64,000 nucleotides of DNA from Rhodoluna sp. (GTDB taxonomy: Bacteria > Actinomycetota > Actinomycetes > Actinomycetales > Microbacteriaceae): contig JBIIQC010000001.1 in NCBI GenBank assembly GCA_044342295.1, forward strand, positions 16,529 through 80,528, written 5' to 3'. The position numbers and the translations under genes are program-made. Shown here in pieces: positions 30,528 to 40,012 of the stretch. The stretch's first letter is position 1. The number at the start of each line of letters is the position of its first letter. Under the pieces are notes generated by a model, which saw only the letters and a program-made list of their open reading frames with translations, made no database searches and was not told where the DNA came from.

Positions 30528-32152
30528 TTCAGTATTTCCCTCATCGCTGCTTCCAAATCAGCAAGAAGCTCTTTGGAATGTGCTTCGCTATCCGAAACTG
30601 CCTGAAGGTAACACTTAAGCTTTGCTTCGGTCCCCGAAGGCCTGACAATCACAGTTCGTCCGTCCTTGAGCTTGAACCTCAGTGCATCGGTTGCGGGTAG
30701 CAAACCAGAGCCCTGGCTCATGTCCTCAAAAACCGCATCTACGCCGGCTATTTGTGCCGGAGGATTGGTTCGAAGTTTATTCATTAGGTTGGTGATCACG
30801 GTCAAGTCAGTTACGCGAATGGAAATCTGCCCAGTAGAGAAGTAGCCATAGCGCTGCATTAGCTTCTCAAGTTGGTCTCCAAGGGTGTAGCCCTGATTGG
30901 CCAGCGCGGAGGCGATGTCGGCGACAATCAGCGCAGCTGAAAGGCCGTCTTTGTCTCGCACCTGAGCCCAGTCAACGCAGTACCCAAGCGCTTCCTCGTA
31001 ACCAAAAATTAAGTTTGGAACCCGACTAACCCATTTGAAGCCAGTAAGCGTCTGCTCGAAACCAAAACCGTAATGCTCTGCAACTTTGCCCAAGGCCGAG
31101 CTAGAAACAATCGAGCAGGCAAGAGATCCACTTAGACCTTCGCGCGATGCCCTAGCTGCCATCTCTTCGCCAAGAATTAAACCGAGCTGATCTCCAGTTA
31201 GTTGTTGATAGCTACCATCAGAGTTTTTAAAAGCAACTGCCAAACGATCGGCGTCTGGATCATTGACCAAAACTAAGTCGGCATTTTGACTTGCAGCGGT
31301 GGCCATTGACTCGTCCATGGCACCTGGTTCTTCTGGATTAGGAAACGAAACAGTTGGGAACTTGCCATCGGGCTGTTGCTGCGAAAGAACTTGTGCTGGC
31401 TCGGCTAACCCCGAAAGCTTAAAGATCTCTTGGATAAAGCTGGCACCAACGCCGTGCATGGCTGAGTAAACAATCTTGATGTCTTTTCTTGTTGAGTGCT
31501 TATTCAAAAGTCCACTTACGGACTGCAAGTAACCGGATCTAACGCTTGTTGGCACTTCCACAAATGATTCAGAACGCGAAAGCGATGCAACCGAGCCAGA
31601 CTTGGCAAATTCGTCAATGTGTTTTGCAATTTCCAAATCCATTGGAGAGATTATCTGCGATCCGCTGAAGTCGTAGACCTTGTAGCCATTATCACCCGGT
31701 GGATTATGTGAAGCGGTAACCATCACCCCTGCGGAAGCTCCTAAATTTCTCACTGCATAGGCAACCAGTGGGGTTGCGGCAAGTTCTGAAAATAGGTGAG
31801 CCCTAATTCCAAAGCCCGCAAAAATCTGAGCCGAGTCTTTGGCGAAGACGTCGGAGTTTTTTCTCGCGTCGTAACCGATCACTACGCTTGGGTCATCGAA
31901 GTTTTCCTTGAGGTACTTTGAGATTCCGGCTGCGGCCTGGGCCACCAAGACTCGGTTCATACGGTTCGGGCCAGCGCCCAGTAGACCCCGAAGGCCTGCC
32001 GTCCCAAAGCCAATTCTTTGGCCAAATCGGTCGGCTAGGGCCGCTTCATCAGATGAAGATATGAGCTTTTCGAGCTCGGCAACGGTTTCCGCATCAGGAT
32101 CTTGAGCGATCCAGCTGCGTGCTTGTTGAATCAGAGTTTCTAGCTGGGTCAT
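30524..32152 (-). CDS. Phospho-sugar mutase (PGM/PMM family; phosphopentomutase role plausible)
   Basis: FGTAGLRG, TASHNP, DPDADR, GYEEALG, RPSGTE; overlaps punA. Confidence 0.9.
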   Translation of the reverse strand: MTQLETLIQQARSWIAQDPDAETVAELEKLISSSDEAALADRFGQRIGFGTAGLRGLLGAGPNRMNRVLVAQAAAGISKYLKENFDDPSVVIGYDARKNSDVFAKDSAQIFAGFGIRAHLFSELAATPLVAYAVRNLGASAGVMVTASHNPPGDNGYKVYDFSGSQIISPMDLEIAKHIDEFAKSGSVASLSRSESFVEVPTSVRSGYLQSVSGLLNKHSTRKDIKIVYSAMHGVGASFIQEIFKLSGLAEPAQVLSQQQPDGKFPTVSFPNPEEPGAMDESMATAASQNADLVLVNDPDADRLAVAFKNSDGSYQQLTGDQLGLILGEEMAARASREGLSGSLACSIVSSSALGKVAEHYGFGFEQTLTGFKWVSRVPNLIFGYEEALGYCVDWAQVRDKDGLSAALIVADIASALANQGYTLGDQLEKLMQRYGYFSTGQISIRVTDLTVITNLMNKLRTNPPAQIAGVDAVFEDMSQGSGLLPATDALRFKLKDGRTVIVRPSGTEAKLKCYLQAVSDSEAHSKELLADLEAAMREILN

Positions 32153-32970
32153 ATCTTTTTGATGATTGCTGCAAGCAAAGCGCTAATTCGTGGCTCTGCT
32201 TCACGTCCGGCCTCAAGCACCTCAGCGTGAGACAGAGGAGTCTTTTGGATTCCAGCTGCGAGATTCGTCATAAGAGAGAATCCTAGAATCTCCATTCCAG
32301 CTTGACGTGCCGCAATTGCTTCGAGGGCTGTTGACATACCAACCAGGTGACCGCCCATATGCTTTACCATTTGGACCTCAGCGGGTGTCTCATAGTGAGG
32401 TCCCGTGAACTGGGCGTAGACACCCTCATCCAAACTCGCGTCTACTGTTCTTGCGAGCTCGCGTAATCTCTTGGAGTAAAGATCGGTTAGATCAATAAAG
32501 GTTGGCCCCTCGAGTGGACTTGAGGCGGTTAGGTTAATGTGATCGCTAATCAATACTGGTGTCCCAGGTTTCCAAGTGTCTTTTATTCCACCACAGCCAT
32601 TGGTCAAGATCATTGTCTTTGCTCCGGTAGCAGCTGCGGTTCGAACTCCGTGCACTACCCTTCGAACTCCGTGACCTTCATAGAAGTGAGTTCTTGCTCC
32701 AAGAACCAAAGCGTATTTTCCACTAGGAAGCTTTATCGAACGAATCGAGGCCACGTGGCCCTCTACAACAGGAGCCGAAAAGCCGATGATGTCCTTAGCT
32801 GGAACGCTGGCAACTTCTTCACCGATTAGGTCGGCAGCTTTTGCCCAGCCAGAACCGAGAGTGAGTGCGATGTCGTGAGTTTCGATTCCAGTGGCTTCAC
32901 GAATCTGATCGGCAGCCTGCTTGGCTATTTCGAACGGGCTATTGCTTGGTATTTCTAGTGGATTAGTCAT
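32149..32970 (-). CDS. punA: Purine-nucleoside phosphorylase; start revised to ATG 32970
   Basis: LGSGW, RTHFYEG, TNGCGG, DHIN, GPHYETPAE, VGMST, TNLAAG; -10 TAGACT 7 nt upstream. Confidence 0.95.
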   Translation of the reverse strand: MTNPLEIPSNSPFEIAKQAADQIREATGIETHDIALTLGSGWAKAADLIGEEVASVPAKDIIGFSAPVVEGHVASIRSIKLPSGKYALVLGARTHFYEGHGVRRVVHGVRTAAATGAKTMILTNGCGGIKDTWKPGTPVLISDHINLTASSPLEGPTFIDLTDLYSKRLRELARTVDASLDEGVYAQFTGPHYETPAEVQMVKHMGGHLVGMSTALEAIAARQAGMEILGFSLMTNLAAGIQKTPLSHAEVLEAGREAEPRISALLAAIIKKI

Positions 32971-33082
32971 GGTTTTCAGTCTAGCTGTAGGGAAATGAGG
33001 CCGAATAGTTAGCTGAAGAAATAAGAGCCCAACCCTCAAATCCCAATCATTGGCGGTGGCCCAGATACCACCCAAACTTCGA

Positions 33083-34855
33083 TTAGTCCTCGAACTCAAT
33101 CAATACAGTTCCGGAGGGGACAGTTTCACCAACTGCTACCTTCACTGTTTTAACTACGCCATCGCGTGGCGAAGAAATTGACTGCTCCATCTTCATGGCT
33201 TCAAGTACCAGAAGCTGATCCCCTTCGACAACTTTGTCACCCGCTGCTACCGCAAGTTTGACCACGGTTGATTGCATTGGAGCCTTGATTGATTTGTCAC
33301 TGGCACCACTTGATCCGTGATGCGAAGAGATCTTTCTTTTAGGTGCGCGGCCCCCGGTTGCGCTGCCACTTGCGCCTTGCAGCATTCTGGCAGGAAGACT
33401 CACTTCAATTCGTTTACCGTCAACTTCAACAACCACACTCTTACGAGAGAGTGAAAGCTGCTCGATTGGATCTGCCTGACCACCCCACGGCTCTAAATCG
33501 TTTACCCATTCGGTTTCTATCCAGCGGGTGTAAACACCAAATTTTCCATCGCTTGCAACAAACGCTGGGTCATTAACAATTTTGCGATGGAATGGAATGA
33601 CTGTTGGCAAACCTAGAACCTGCAACTCCGCAAGCGCTCTTCTTGATCGCTCAAGCGCTTGAGTGCGATCTTTACCCGTGACAATTAGTTTTGCAATCAT
33701 AGAGTCAAAGTTTCCAGAAATTGAATCTCCTGATTCAACACCACTATCGACTCGAACTCCTGGACCACCAGGAGCTCTAAACACGTGAACTGATCCAGGA
33801 GCCGGCATAAAGTTTTGCCCTGGGTCCTCGCCGTTGATTCGAAATTCGAAACTGTGGCCAACTACCTCAGGGTCCGGGTAGTCAATTAATCCACCCTCGG
33901 CAATGCGGAATTGCTCCCGCACCAGATCCAGCCCGGTTACCTCTTCTGAAACGGGGTGTTCGACCTGCAGTCTGGTATTTACTTCAAGAAAAGAAATAGT
34001 TCCGTCTTGGGCTACCAGGAACTCGCACGTGCCAGCTCCGATGTAACCCACTTCTTTAAGAATTGCCTTAGAAGACTCGTAGAGTTTTTTGGTTTGCTCG
34101 GCAGTTAGAAATGGCGCGGGGGCTTCTTCAACTAGCTTTTGGTGCCTGCGCTGTAATGAGCAGTCCCTGGTTGACACAACCACAACATTGCCGGCACCGT
34201 CTGCTAGGCACTGCGTTTCAACATGGCGAGGCTTCTCGAGATATTTCTCGACAAAGCACTCACCCCTTCCAAAGGCAGCAACGGCTTCCCTGGTTGCAGA
34301 TTCAAATAGCTCGGCAACTTCTGATTCTTGGTAGGCGACCTTTATTCCTCGGCCACCTCCGCCATAGGCGGCCTTGATGGCAACCGGTAAACCGTGCTTG
34401 GCAACGAAGTCGAGGACTTCTTGGGCGTTTTCAACCGGGTTCAAAGTTCCAGGAGCTAGCGGTGCGCCAACTTTTTCGGCAACGTGCCTGGCCGAGACTT
34501 TATCGCCAAGGCGTTCAATAGCCTCCGGGGTTGGACCAATCCAAGTTAGACCAGCTTTACTAACCGCCCTTGCAAAGTCAGCATTTTCTGCCAGAAAACC
34601 ATATCCGGGATGAACAGCGTCGCAATTGGACCTTTTTGCAATCGAGAGAAGCTTTTCAATCACTAAGTAAGTTTCAGCGGAGGTTGTTCCGTTTAGGGCA
34701 TAGGCCTCATCGGACACTCGAACATGCAGGCTGTCGCGATCTTGATCTGCGTAGACAGCAACGGATGCTCTTCCGCTGTCTTTTGCTGCTCTGGCGATAC
34801 GAACGGCGATCTCGCCACGGTTGGCGATGAGTACTTTTTTAATCAATCCGCTCAT
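33083..34855 (-). CDS. accA3: Acyl-CoA carboxylase alpha subunit (biotin carboxylase + biotin carrier)
   Basis: [49 protein letters not shown]. Confidence 0.93.
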   Translation of the reverse strand: MSGLIKKVLIANRGEIAVRIARAAKDSGRASVAVYADQDRDSLHVRVSDEAYALNGTTSAETYLVIEKLLSIAKRSNCDAVHPGYGFLAENADFARAVSKAGLTWIGPTPEAIERLGDKVSARHVAEKVGAPLAPGTLNPVENAQEVLDFVAKHGLPVAIKAAYGGGGRGIKVAYQESEVAELFESATREAVAAFGRGECFVEKYLEKPRHVETQCLADGAGNVVVVSTRDCSLQRRHQKLVEEAPAPFLTAEQTKKLYESSKAILKEVGYIGAGTCEFLVAQDGTISFLEVNTRLQVEHPVSEEVTGLDLVREQFRIAEGGLIDYPDPEVVGHSFEFRINGEDPGQNFMPAPGSVHVFRAPGGPGVRVDSGVESGDSISGNFDSMIAKLIVTGKDRTQALERSRRALAELQVLGLPTVIPFHRKIVNDPAFVASDGKFGVYTRWIETEWVNDLEPWGGQADPIEQLSLSRKSVVVEVDGKRIEVSLPARMLQGASGSATGGRAPKRKISSHHGSSGASDKSIKAPMQSTVVKLAVAAGDKVVEGDQLLVLEAMKMEQSISSPRDGVVKTVKVAVGETVPSGTVLIEFED

Positions 34856-34929
34856 AAGACAGAATCCTATTGGCTATTGATGGCTCAAAATTGGCCCTTG
34901 GCTACAAACAATCAGCGCAAACCCTGTGA

Positions 34930-35556
34930 TTAGCGCCAAAGACTGGTGTATTCAACTCCAAGTTCGCGGGTTAGTGCTCTAAGAACCCCAAGCGATAAGC
35001 CAACTACTGTGTGTGCGTCACCTTCGATACGTTCTATAAACGCACCGCCAATTCCATCGATGGTGAAAGCTCCTGCAACTTTCAAAGGCTCACCGATTGA
35101 CACGTAAGCTTCAATTTCCGCATCTGATATGTTGGCAAAATAAACCTTGGTCGAGCTGGTTTTAGAAACCACTTTTGCCGAAGCTGGGTCTCGATTATCA
35201 ATCAGACAGTGACCGCTGTGCAGGACACCATAGTTTCCTCGAAGTTGCTTCCAGCGCTCAATGGCAACTTCCGGTAGATGTGGTTTCCCAAGCGCTGATC
35301 CTTGAAACTCTAGAGCTGAGTCGCCCCCTAGAACCAGGGCACCAGAAGTCTCCGTTAAGCCAACTACCGATTTTCCTTTGGCGTCTGCAAGGTATTGAAC
35401 CAGCTCGGCTGTGGAGTGGTTGGGAAAACTGTCTTTGAACTGATCCGAGAGCGCCTGCTCATCAGCGGTTGGGACAACCACCTCTGGGTCAATCCCCGCT
35501 GCTTTGAGAAGGGAATACCTAGCGGGGGAGCTAGAAGCTAGGACTAATCGGGTCAC
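34930..35556 (-). CDS. maf: Maf-family nucleoside triphosphate pyrophosphatase
   Basis: LVLASSSPAR, GKP, EPLKVAGAF, IEG..HTVVGL. Confidence 0.92.
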   Translation of the reverse strand: MTRLVLASSSPARYSLLKAAGIDPEVVVPTADEQALSDQFKDSFPNHSTAELVQYLADAKGKSVVGLTETSGALVLGGDSALEFQGSALGKPHLPEVAIERWKQLRGNYGVLHSGHCLIDNRDPASAKVVSKTSSTKVYFANISDAEIEAYVSIGEPLKVAGAFTIDGIGGAFIERIEGDAHTVVGLSLGVLRALTRELGVEYTSLWR

Positions 35557-35593
35557 GGATAAAGACTACTTGGAGCTGTGGAACACTTGTCGA

Positions 35594-36805
35594 ATGAGCA
35601 AAACTGAGAACTGGCAAGACCAAGTGCTTGAGCTAGAAATCGAAAAGGTCGCCCACGGTGGCATCTTCGTTGCAAGGCACGAGGGTCGAGTGGTCTTTGT
35701 TTCTCACACCGCGCCTGGGGAGAAAGTGCGCGCCAGAGTTTTTGAAGATAAGGGAGGATCATTCTGCCGCGCAGAAACAATCGAGGTACTAGACCCATCT
35801 GTCAAAAGAGTTCCCCACATCTGGAAAGAAGCAGATCGACTTGGCGCCGGCGGCGCTGAGTTTGGACACCTAGCACTGGAATACCAAAGACAGCTCAAAA
35901 CCGATGTTTTGGAAGAGTCACTATCTCGGATGGCGGGTATTAATCAGCGCGTGCAGGTCATGCCTGTGCCAGGTGATGATCTCACAAATGGGCTCGGCTA
36001 TCGAACAAGAATTCAACTACACGTTTCCGAAGAGGGTGTTGCAGGGCCCTATAAGGAAAGAACTCACGATGTTGTTCCAGTCAAGTCTTTGCCGCTTGCC
36101 GTTGCTGAGATCAACGAACTGGGCGTTCACCTAAAGAATTGGCAAGACGTAAAGCGTATTGAAATCTCCACTGCTTCAACCGGTGGAATTCAATGGTTTA
36201 TAGATAAAAAAATCAAAGGTGACAAGAGACTTACCGAGCGAGCTCTAGGCAGAAGCTTTCGAATCTCGAGTGGGGGATTCTGGCAAGTACACAGGGGAGC
36301 AGCTGAACTACTCGCCTCCGAAATCGTTGAGCTCTCTGAAGGACTCGAGGTCGAAGCCAACAACTTGGATCTTTATGGAGGTGTTGGGCTATTTTCCGGC
36401 GCGCTCGCAACCAAGTTTGGAAAGAAGCTCAACATCACAACTGTCGAGTCATCAAAGGTGGCAACCAGCGATGCTTCTGCCAACCTGGTGGACCTAGCCA
36501 AACACAAAGCGGTAGCTGCTCCAGTTGAGGGCTTTTTAAAGCTCCAAATCAAACAAGGTCTAGAGCTAACCGGAGCAACTGTGATTCTTGATCCGCCAAG
36601 AGCCGGTGCGGGCAAACAGGTAGTGGACCAGCTGACTTTCTTGAAGCCAAAGAAAGTTATCTATGTCGCTTGCGACCCGGTCTCATTGGCCAGGGATCTA
36701 AAAACATTTTCAAATTCTGGCTACAGGGTCGAAGCTATCCGAGCGTTTGACCTCTTTCCACACACCCACCATTTCGAAACCGTAGTTAGTCTGGTACTGG
36801 AATGA
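35594..36805 (+). CDS. TRAM-domain RNA (uracil-C5)-methyltransferase, RlmD/TrmA family; start revised to ATG 35594
   Basis: AHGG..VAR TRAM domain, FWQVH, DLYGGVG, LDPPRAG, YVACDP, DLFPHTHHFE; the longer ORF would overlap maf. Confidence 0.9.
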   Translation: MSKTENWQDQVLELEIEKVAHGGIFVARHEGRVVFVSHTAPGEKVRARVFEDKGGSFCRAETIEVLDPSVKRVPHIWKEADRLGAGGAEFGHLALEYQRQLKTDVLEESLSRMAGINQRVQVMPVPGDDLTNGLGYRTRIQLHVSEEGVAGPYKERTHDVVPVKSLPLAVAEINELGVHLKNWQDVKRIEISTASTGGIQWFIDKKIKGDKRLTERALGRSFRISSGGFWQVHRGAAELLASEIVELSEGLEVEANNLDLYGGVGLFSGALATKFGKKLNITTVESSKVATSDASANLVDLAKHKAVAAPVEGFLKLQIKQGLELTGATVILDPPRAGAGKQVVDQLTFLKPKKVIYVACDPVSLARDLKTFSNSGYRVEAIRAFDLFPHTHHFETVVSLVLE

Positions 36806-37482
36806 CAAAAGTTTCTACCGTTTCCTCAATCACAGGAAATCAAGAAGTTAGCGTGATCATTATTGATGATCACGAAGCTATTCGGCTGGCCTTGGCAACA
36901 GTATGCGAGCAGAACAATTTCAAACTGCTTGCGTCAACCGAGTCGGTAGCTGAGGCTCTTAGTTCGATTGACGGAAAATCTCCTGATGTCGCCGTTCTTG
37001 ATCTTTCGCTTTCAGATGGTTCAAAAGTTGAAGAAAACGTCAAGAACTTGGTTGAAAAAGGCATTTCAGTTTTGGTTTTTAGCATCGCAGACAAAGCCCA
37101 TTTAGTTAGAGCTGCACTAAAAGCAGGAGCTGCGGCCCTTGTTCCGAAATCACACAGCATGAGTGAGCTGGTTGAAGCAATCCGAATGGTGGCAGCTGGG
37201 ATGCTTGTAAACAATCTTCAAACAACTGCGGCTATCGACGCCGACCAAGACTTCACAAGCGCCAAGCTATCTCCAAGAGAGCAGGAAGTGCTCTCGCTAT
37301 ACGCTTCCGGCCTAGCTCTAAAGCAAGTCGCTTATAGCCTTAACATCACGGTCAGCACTGCTAAGGAGCATATCGATCGAGTTCGAAACAAGTACGCGAC
37401 TATCGGAAGACCCGCAGTGAACAAAACTGAACTGTTGCTTCGGGCAATTGAGGATGGCTTGATTGAGGAAGGAAACCTCTAA
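36802..37482 (+). CDS. NarL/LuxR-family response regulator
   Basis: IIDDHE, VLDL (phospho-Asp), LSPREQEVL HTH, TAKEHIDRVRNKY. Confidence 0.93.
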   Translation: MTKVSTVSSITGNQEVSVIIIDDHEAIRLALATVCEQNNFKLLASTESVAEALSSIDGKSPDVAVLDLSLSDGSKVEENVKNLVEKGISVLVFSIADKAHLVRAALKAGAAALVPKSHSMSELVEAIRMVAAGMLVNNLQTTAAIDADQDFTSAKLSPREQEVLSLYASGLALKQVAYSLNITVSTAKEHIDRVRNKYATIGRPAVNKTELLLRAIEDGLIEEGNL

Positions 37483-38673
37483 TTGGCCCTCAAAAGACCC
37501 GTTTCCACAAAAAGCTATTCAGTAAATCGAGTGAACCAGCTAATTGCAAGCATTTATTCGTTCTTGCTTGTAGCTGTAGTTTCTGAGGCCCTGGTAAATG
37601 GGTTTAGGCAACTGGAGTATTTGAACCCCTTGGTGTTTGGAACCTCTGTTGCTCTGGTAGTTTTCCTGGTTGTCGGCTTCTTGATCAGTCACTTTGCTTT
37701 TCGATCGTCACTGTTTTGGTTTCGCTCTATTCCAGTTTTAACTCTGGTGCTGTTGGCAACTTGGCCACTTCACTACGATGCGTCAACAGTATTCCCCGAT
37801 TCTTTCAAACCTTGGATTTGGTGGCTTCTAGGAATAGCGGCGGTTGCTGCGGGAATCTCGTTTCGTTTTTGGCTTGGGGTTGTATACATTGTTGTTGTTC
37901 CCCTGGGATGGATAGCCTTAAGGGTTTCCCCGAGTGGAGGTTCGGGTGAACTACTTCTGGCAATCCAAGACTCGTTGCACTTGTTTGTTTTGGCTGCAAT
38001 CGCCACGGTAATGGCCGCAGCTGTTAGGTGGCAAGCAGCAAAAACAGACTTTGCTAACCAAGATTTGATTGCAAGCGGCGTAAAGAGTGCTCAGAGTCAA
38101 GCGGTGGAGCTAGAGCAATCAAGATTGGACGCTCTGGTTCACGATAGTGTCCTAACAACTCTGTTGGTTGCATCCAAAGCTCAAACTCCGCAAGAGATTT
38201 CTCTTGCGAGAGTGTCGGCAAATGAGGCACTCAGAAAGCTGGACTCTGATAGCGCTTCAGCCGAAATTAGTTCTGCGATTACGCAAGTGAGTTTCTTCGA
38301 GGCACTTCGAAATAGAATCCGCGAGGTTTATCCAAGTTTTGAAGTTTCACTTCAGCAAACTAACAACTCACTGCTTCCAGAACTTGTTTCAGAGGCACTT
38401 ACCGAAGCCACACTTCAAGCGGTTGACAACTCAACTAAACATGCTGGTGGGGCCGCAAGAAAAAGCGTCTCGCTTCAGAGTCAAGGCAAGGGTCTGAAGA
38501 TTGTTGTCAGCGATACCGGAAAGGGGTTTAGACCCTCAAAGATCCCCAAGGACCGGTTAGGTATCCAGCTATCAATAATTGGCCGGGTAAAAGCTGCGGG
38601 CGGTCGAGTCTTCATTAGATCTGAACCTGGTAAGGGTACAGACGTGGTCTTGGAGTGGAGTCCGAGTGTTTAG
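37483..38673 (+). CDS. Membrane sensor histidine kinase (HisKA_3-like)
   Basis: About 5 TM; LVHDSVL H-box; NSTKHA N-box; DTGKGF G1; SEPGKGT. Confidence 0.88.
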   Translation: MALKRPVSTKSYSVNRVNQLIASIYSFLLVAVVSEALVNGFRQLEYLNPLVFGTSVALVVFLVVGFLISHFAFRSSLFWFRSIPVLTLVLLATWPLHYDASTVFPDSFKPWIWWLLGIAAVAAGISFRFWLGVVYIVVVPLGWIALRVSPSGGSGELLLAIQDSLHLFVLAAIATVMAAAVRWQAAKTDFANQDLIASGVKSAQSQAVELEQSRLDALVHDSVLTTLLVASKAQTPQEISLARVSANEALRKLDSDSASAEISSAITQVSFFEALRNRIREVYPSFEVSLQQTNNSLLPELVSEALTEATLQAVDNSTKHAGGAARKSVSLQSQGKGLKIVVSDTGKGFRPSKIPKDRLGIQLSIIGRVKAAGGRVFIRSEPGKGTDVVLEWSPSV

Positions 38674-39625
38674 GCTCCCACTGTGGCTAGTTCAAGTCAT
38701 CGGGGCATTACTGGTTCTCAACCCTCCTGTTAGCGCCCTAATTGGATTCAATCGTTACGACAACTGGGTTTTTGCTTCGGTGGCTATCTTCACCTACTTA
38801 GTAGTGGCTTTGACTTCAGTTTTTTACTACGGCAACAGAAAGATGCCAGCTCTTTTGGCATGGGTAAATCTCCTAGTTGTTGTGATCGTTCCCCAGCTAA
38901 TTCAACAAGCCATCGATGCGGCAACCGTGGACTCGCAATCAAGTTGGTACGTATCCGGGCTAGGTGCTCTAATGGCGGTTACTGCCATCAGGGGCCAACA
39001 GGCGGTTTCTTGGATTGGCGCAGCCGTTTTGTCGTTAGAGGTTTTGGTTTGGGGAGGAACTGGCGCATTATTTAACAGCGGGCTAGCTGGTGCCATGAGT
39101 TTAGTAGTTGCAGCCAATGTTCTGTCTTACGCTTTTTCTGGCATTGAGCGCGAAACGAGAACCTACTTAGATAAAGCAATCGAGATTGAAGCTTCGGCAG
39201 CTATTGAGTCTGCAACTCGACTGGAGAGATCAAGAAGACTCAATGAAACCCTAAGAGTCTCGTATCCGCTGCTGCAAAAGATCGCATCCGGTCAATTGGA
39301 TGAAGAATCAAAGAAAGAAGCAAAGCTGTTAGAGGCTCAGTTACGCGACAGTATTAGGGGTCGAGAACTTATTGATTCCAAATTGCAGGAAGCTATCCGA
39401 TCCGCGAGAGTTCGAGGCGTTGAGGTAGTTGTCCTAGATGAGGGTGGCATGGAATCCTTGGCTGAGAATTCAAAATCTGAGATAAGGCAGAAATTTGCAA
39501 CAGAACTAGATCAGGTTTCCAGTGGAAGAGTTACCATTCGTGCACCGCGCGGTGGAAAGACACACGCAACATTCGTTGCCTCTAGACCAGGGACCGCAAC
39601 ACCGGATGTGTTTTTGAAGCTTTAA
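38666..39625 (+). CDS. Membrane protein, kinase-like paralog without recognisable H/N/G boxes (putative pseudokinase)
   Basis: Multi-TM N-terminus, coiled coil, EAQLRDSIRGR and ARVRGVEVVVLDEG; overlaps the kinase gene. Confidence 0.65.
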   Translation: MFRLPLWLVQVIGALLVLNPPVSALIGFNRYDNWVFASVAIFTYLVVALTSVFYYGNRKMPALLAWVNLLVVVIVPQLIQQAIDAATVDSQSSWYVSGLGALMAVTAIRGQQAVSWIGAAVLSLEVLVWGGTGALFNSGLAGAMSLVVAANVLSYAFSGIERETRTYLDKAIEIEASAAIESATRLERSRRLNETLRVSYPLLQKIASGQLDEESKKEAKLLEAQLRDSIRGRELIDSKLQEAIRSARVRGVEVVVLDEGGMESLAENSKSEIRQKFATELDQVSSGRVTIRAPRGGKTHATFVASRPGTATPDVFLKL

Positions 39626-39712
39626 ATTGGAGAACCCGGGCTGTATACAGGCCCGGGTCTCAACCCCCAAACCATTCAAGCTTTCCCCTGATAGCTACTA
39701 CCGAATGGTTCT
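39625..39712 (-). ncRNA. Candidate small RNA (5' hairpin, G-rich linker, terminator hairpin)
   Basis: Stem 39670-39677/39703-39710, terminator-like hairpin 39627-39663, -10 TAGGTT at 39724-39719. Confidence 0.5.
39627..39663. terminator. GC-rich hairpin between convergent transcription units
   Basis: ACCCGGGC(39634-39641)...GCCCGGGT(39651-39658) with extendable outer pairs; no long U-tract. Confidence 0.7.
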
Positions 39713-39767
39713 TCTTTTAACCTAGTTAAAGTCCGAGCCAGGCAAGGCTAAATTTCCCCTTTGAGGC

Positions 39768-39785
39768 GTCCCCACTTTGGGGGAC
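39768..39785. promoter_or_regulatory. Palindromic operator-like site GTCCCC-N6-GGGGAC
   Basis: Perfect 6-bp inverted repeat with a 6-bp spacer, about 45-60 nt upstream of the minus-strand -10 box. Confidence 0.55.
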
Positions 39786-40012
39786 TAAATTTCGCCCTTG
39801 AAATCGGAGCGCCACTTCAGACCCCCAGTGTTATTGCTATCTCTAAGTATCTGTGGGCCTTTTGCCCAATTGGGCTCGGCTTGCTCGGTTTTGGTCATGC
39901 TGTTTGCATTTTCGCGCAAGACCGCAACCAGAGCTGCCAGCTCCTTTGACGTTGGGTTTCCAGAAATCACTTCTAGCTCAGTAGCCAGATCATTGCCCTC
40001 AAAGTTAGGCAT
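39785..40012 (-). CDS. accE: Acyl-CoA carboxylase epsilon subunit
   Basis: GNPTSKELAALVAVL signature, W residues near the C-terminus; overlaps the accD stop. Confidence 0.85.
   Translation of the reverse strand: MPNFEGNDLATELEVISGNPTSKELAALVAVLRENANSMTKTEQAEPNWAKGPQILRDSNNTGGLKWRSDFKGEI

Noticed and set aside
39661-39700. 6C RNA on the + strand (C-rich tracts CCCCC and CCCC)
   Set aside because: The C-runs are shorter than six, one is in a linker rather than a loop, and promoter/terminator polarity favours the minus strand; retained only as an Rfam check
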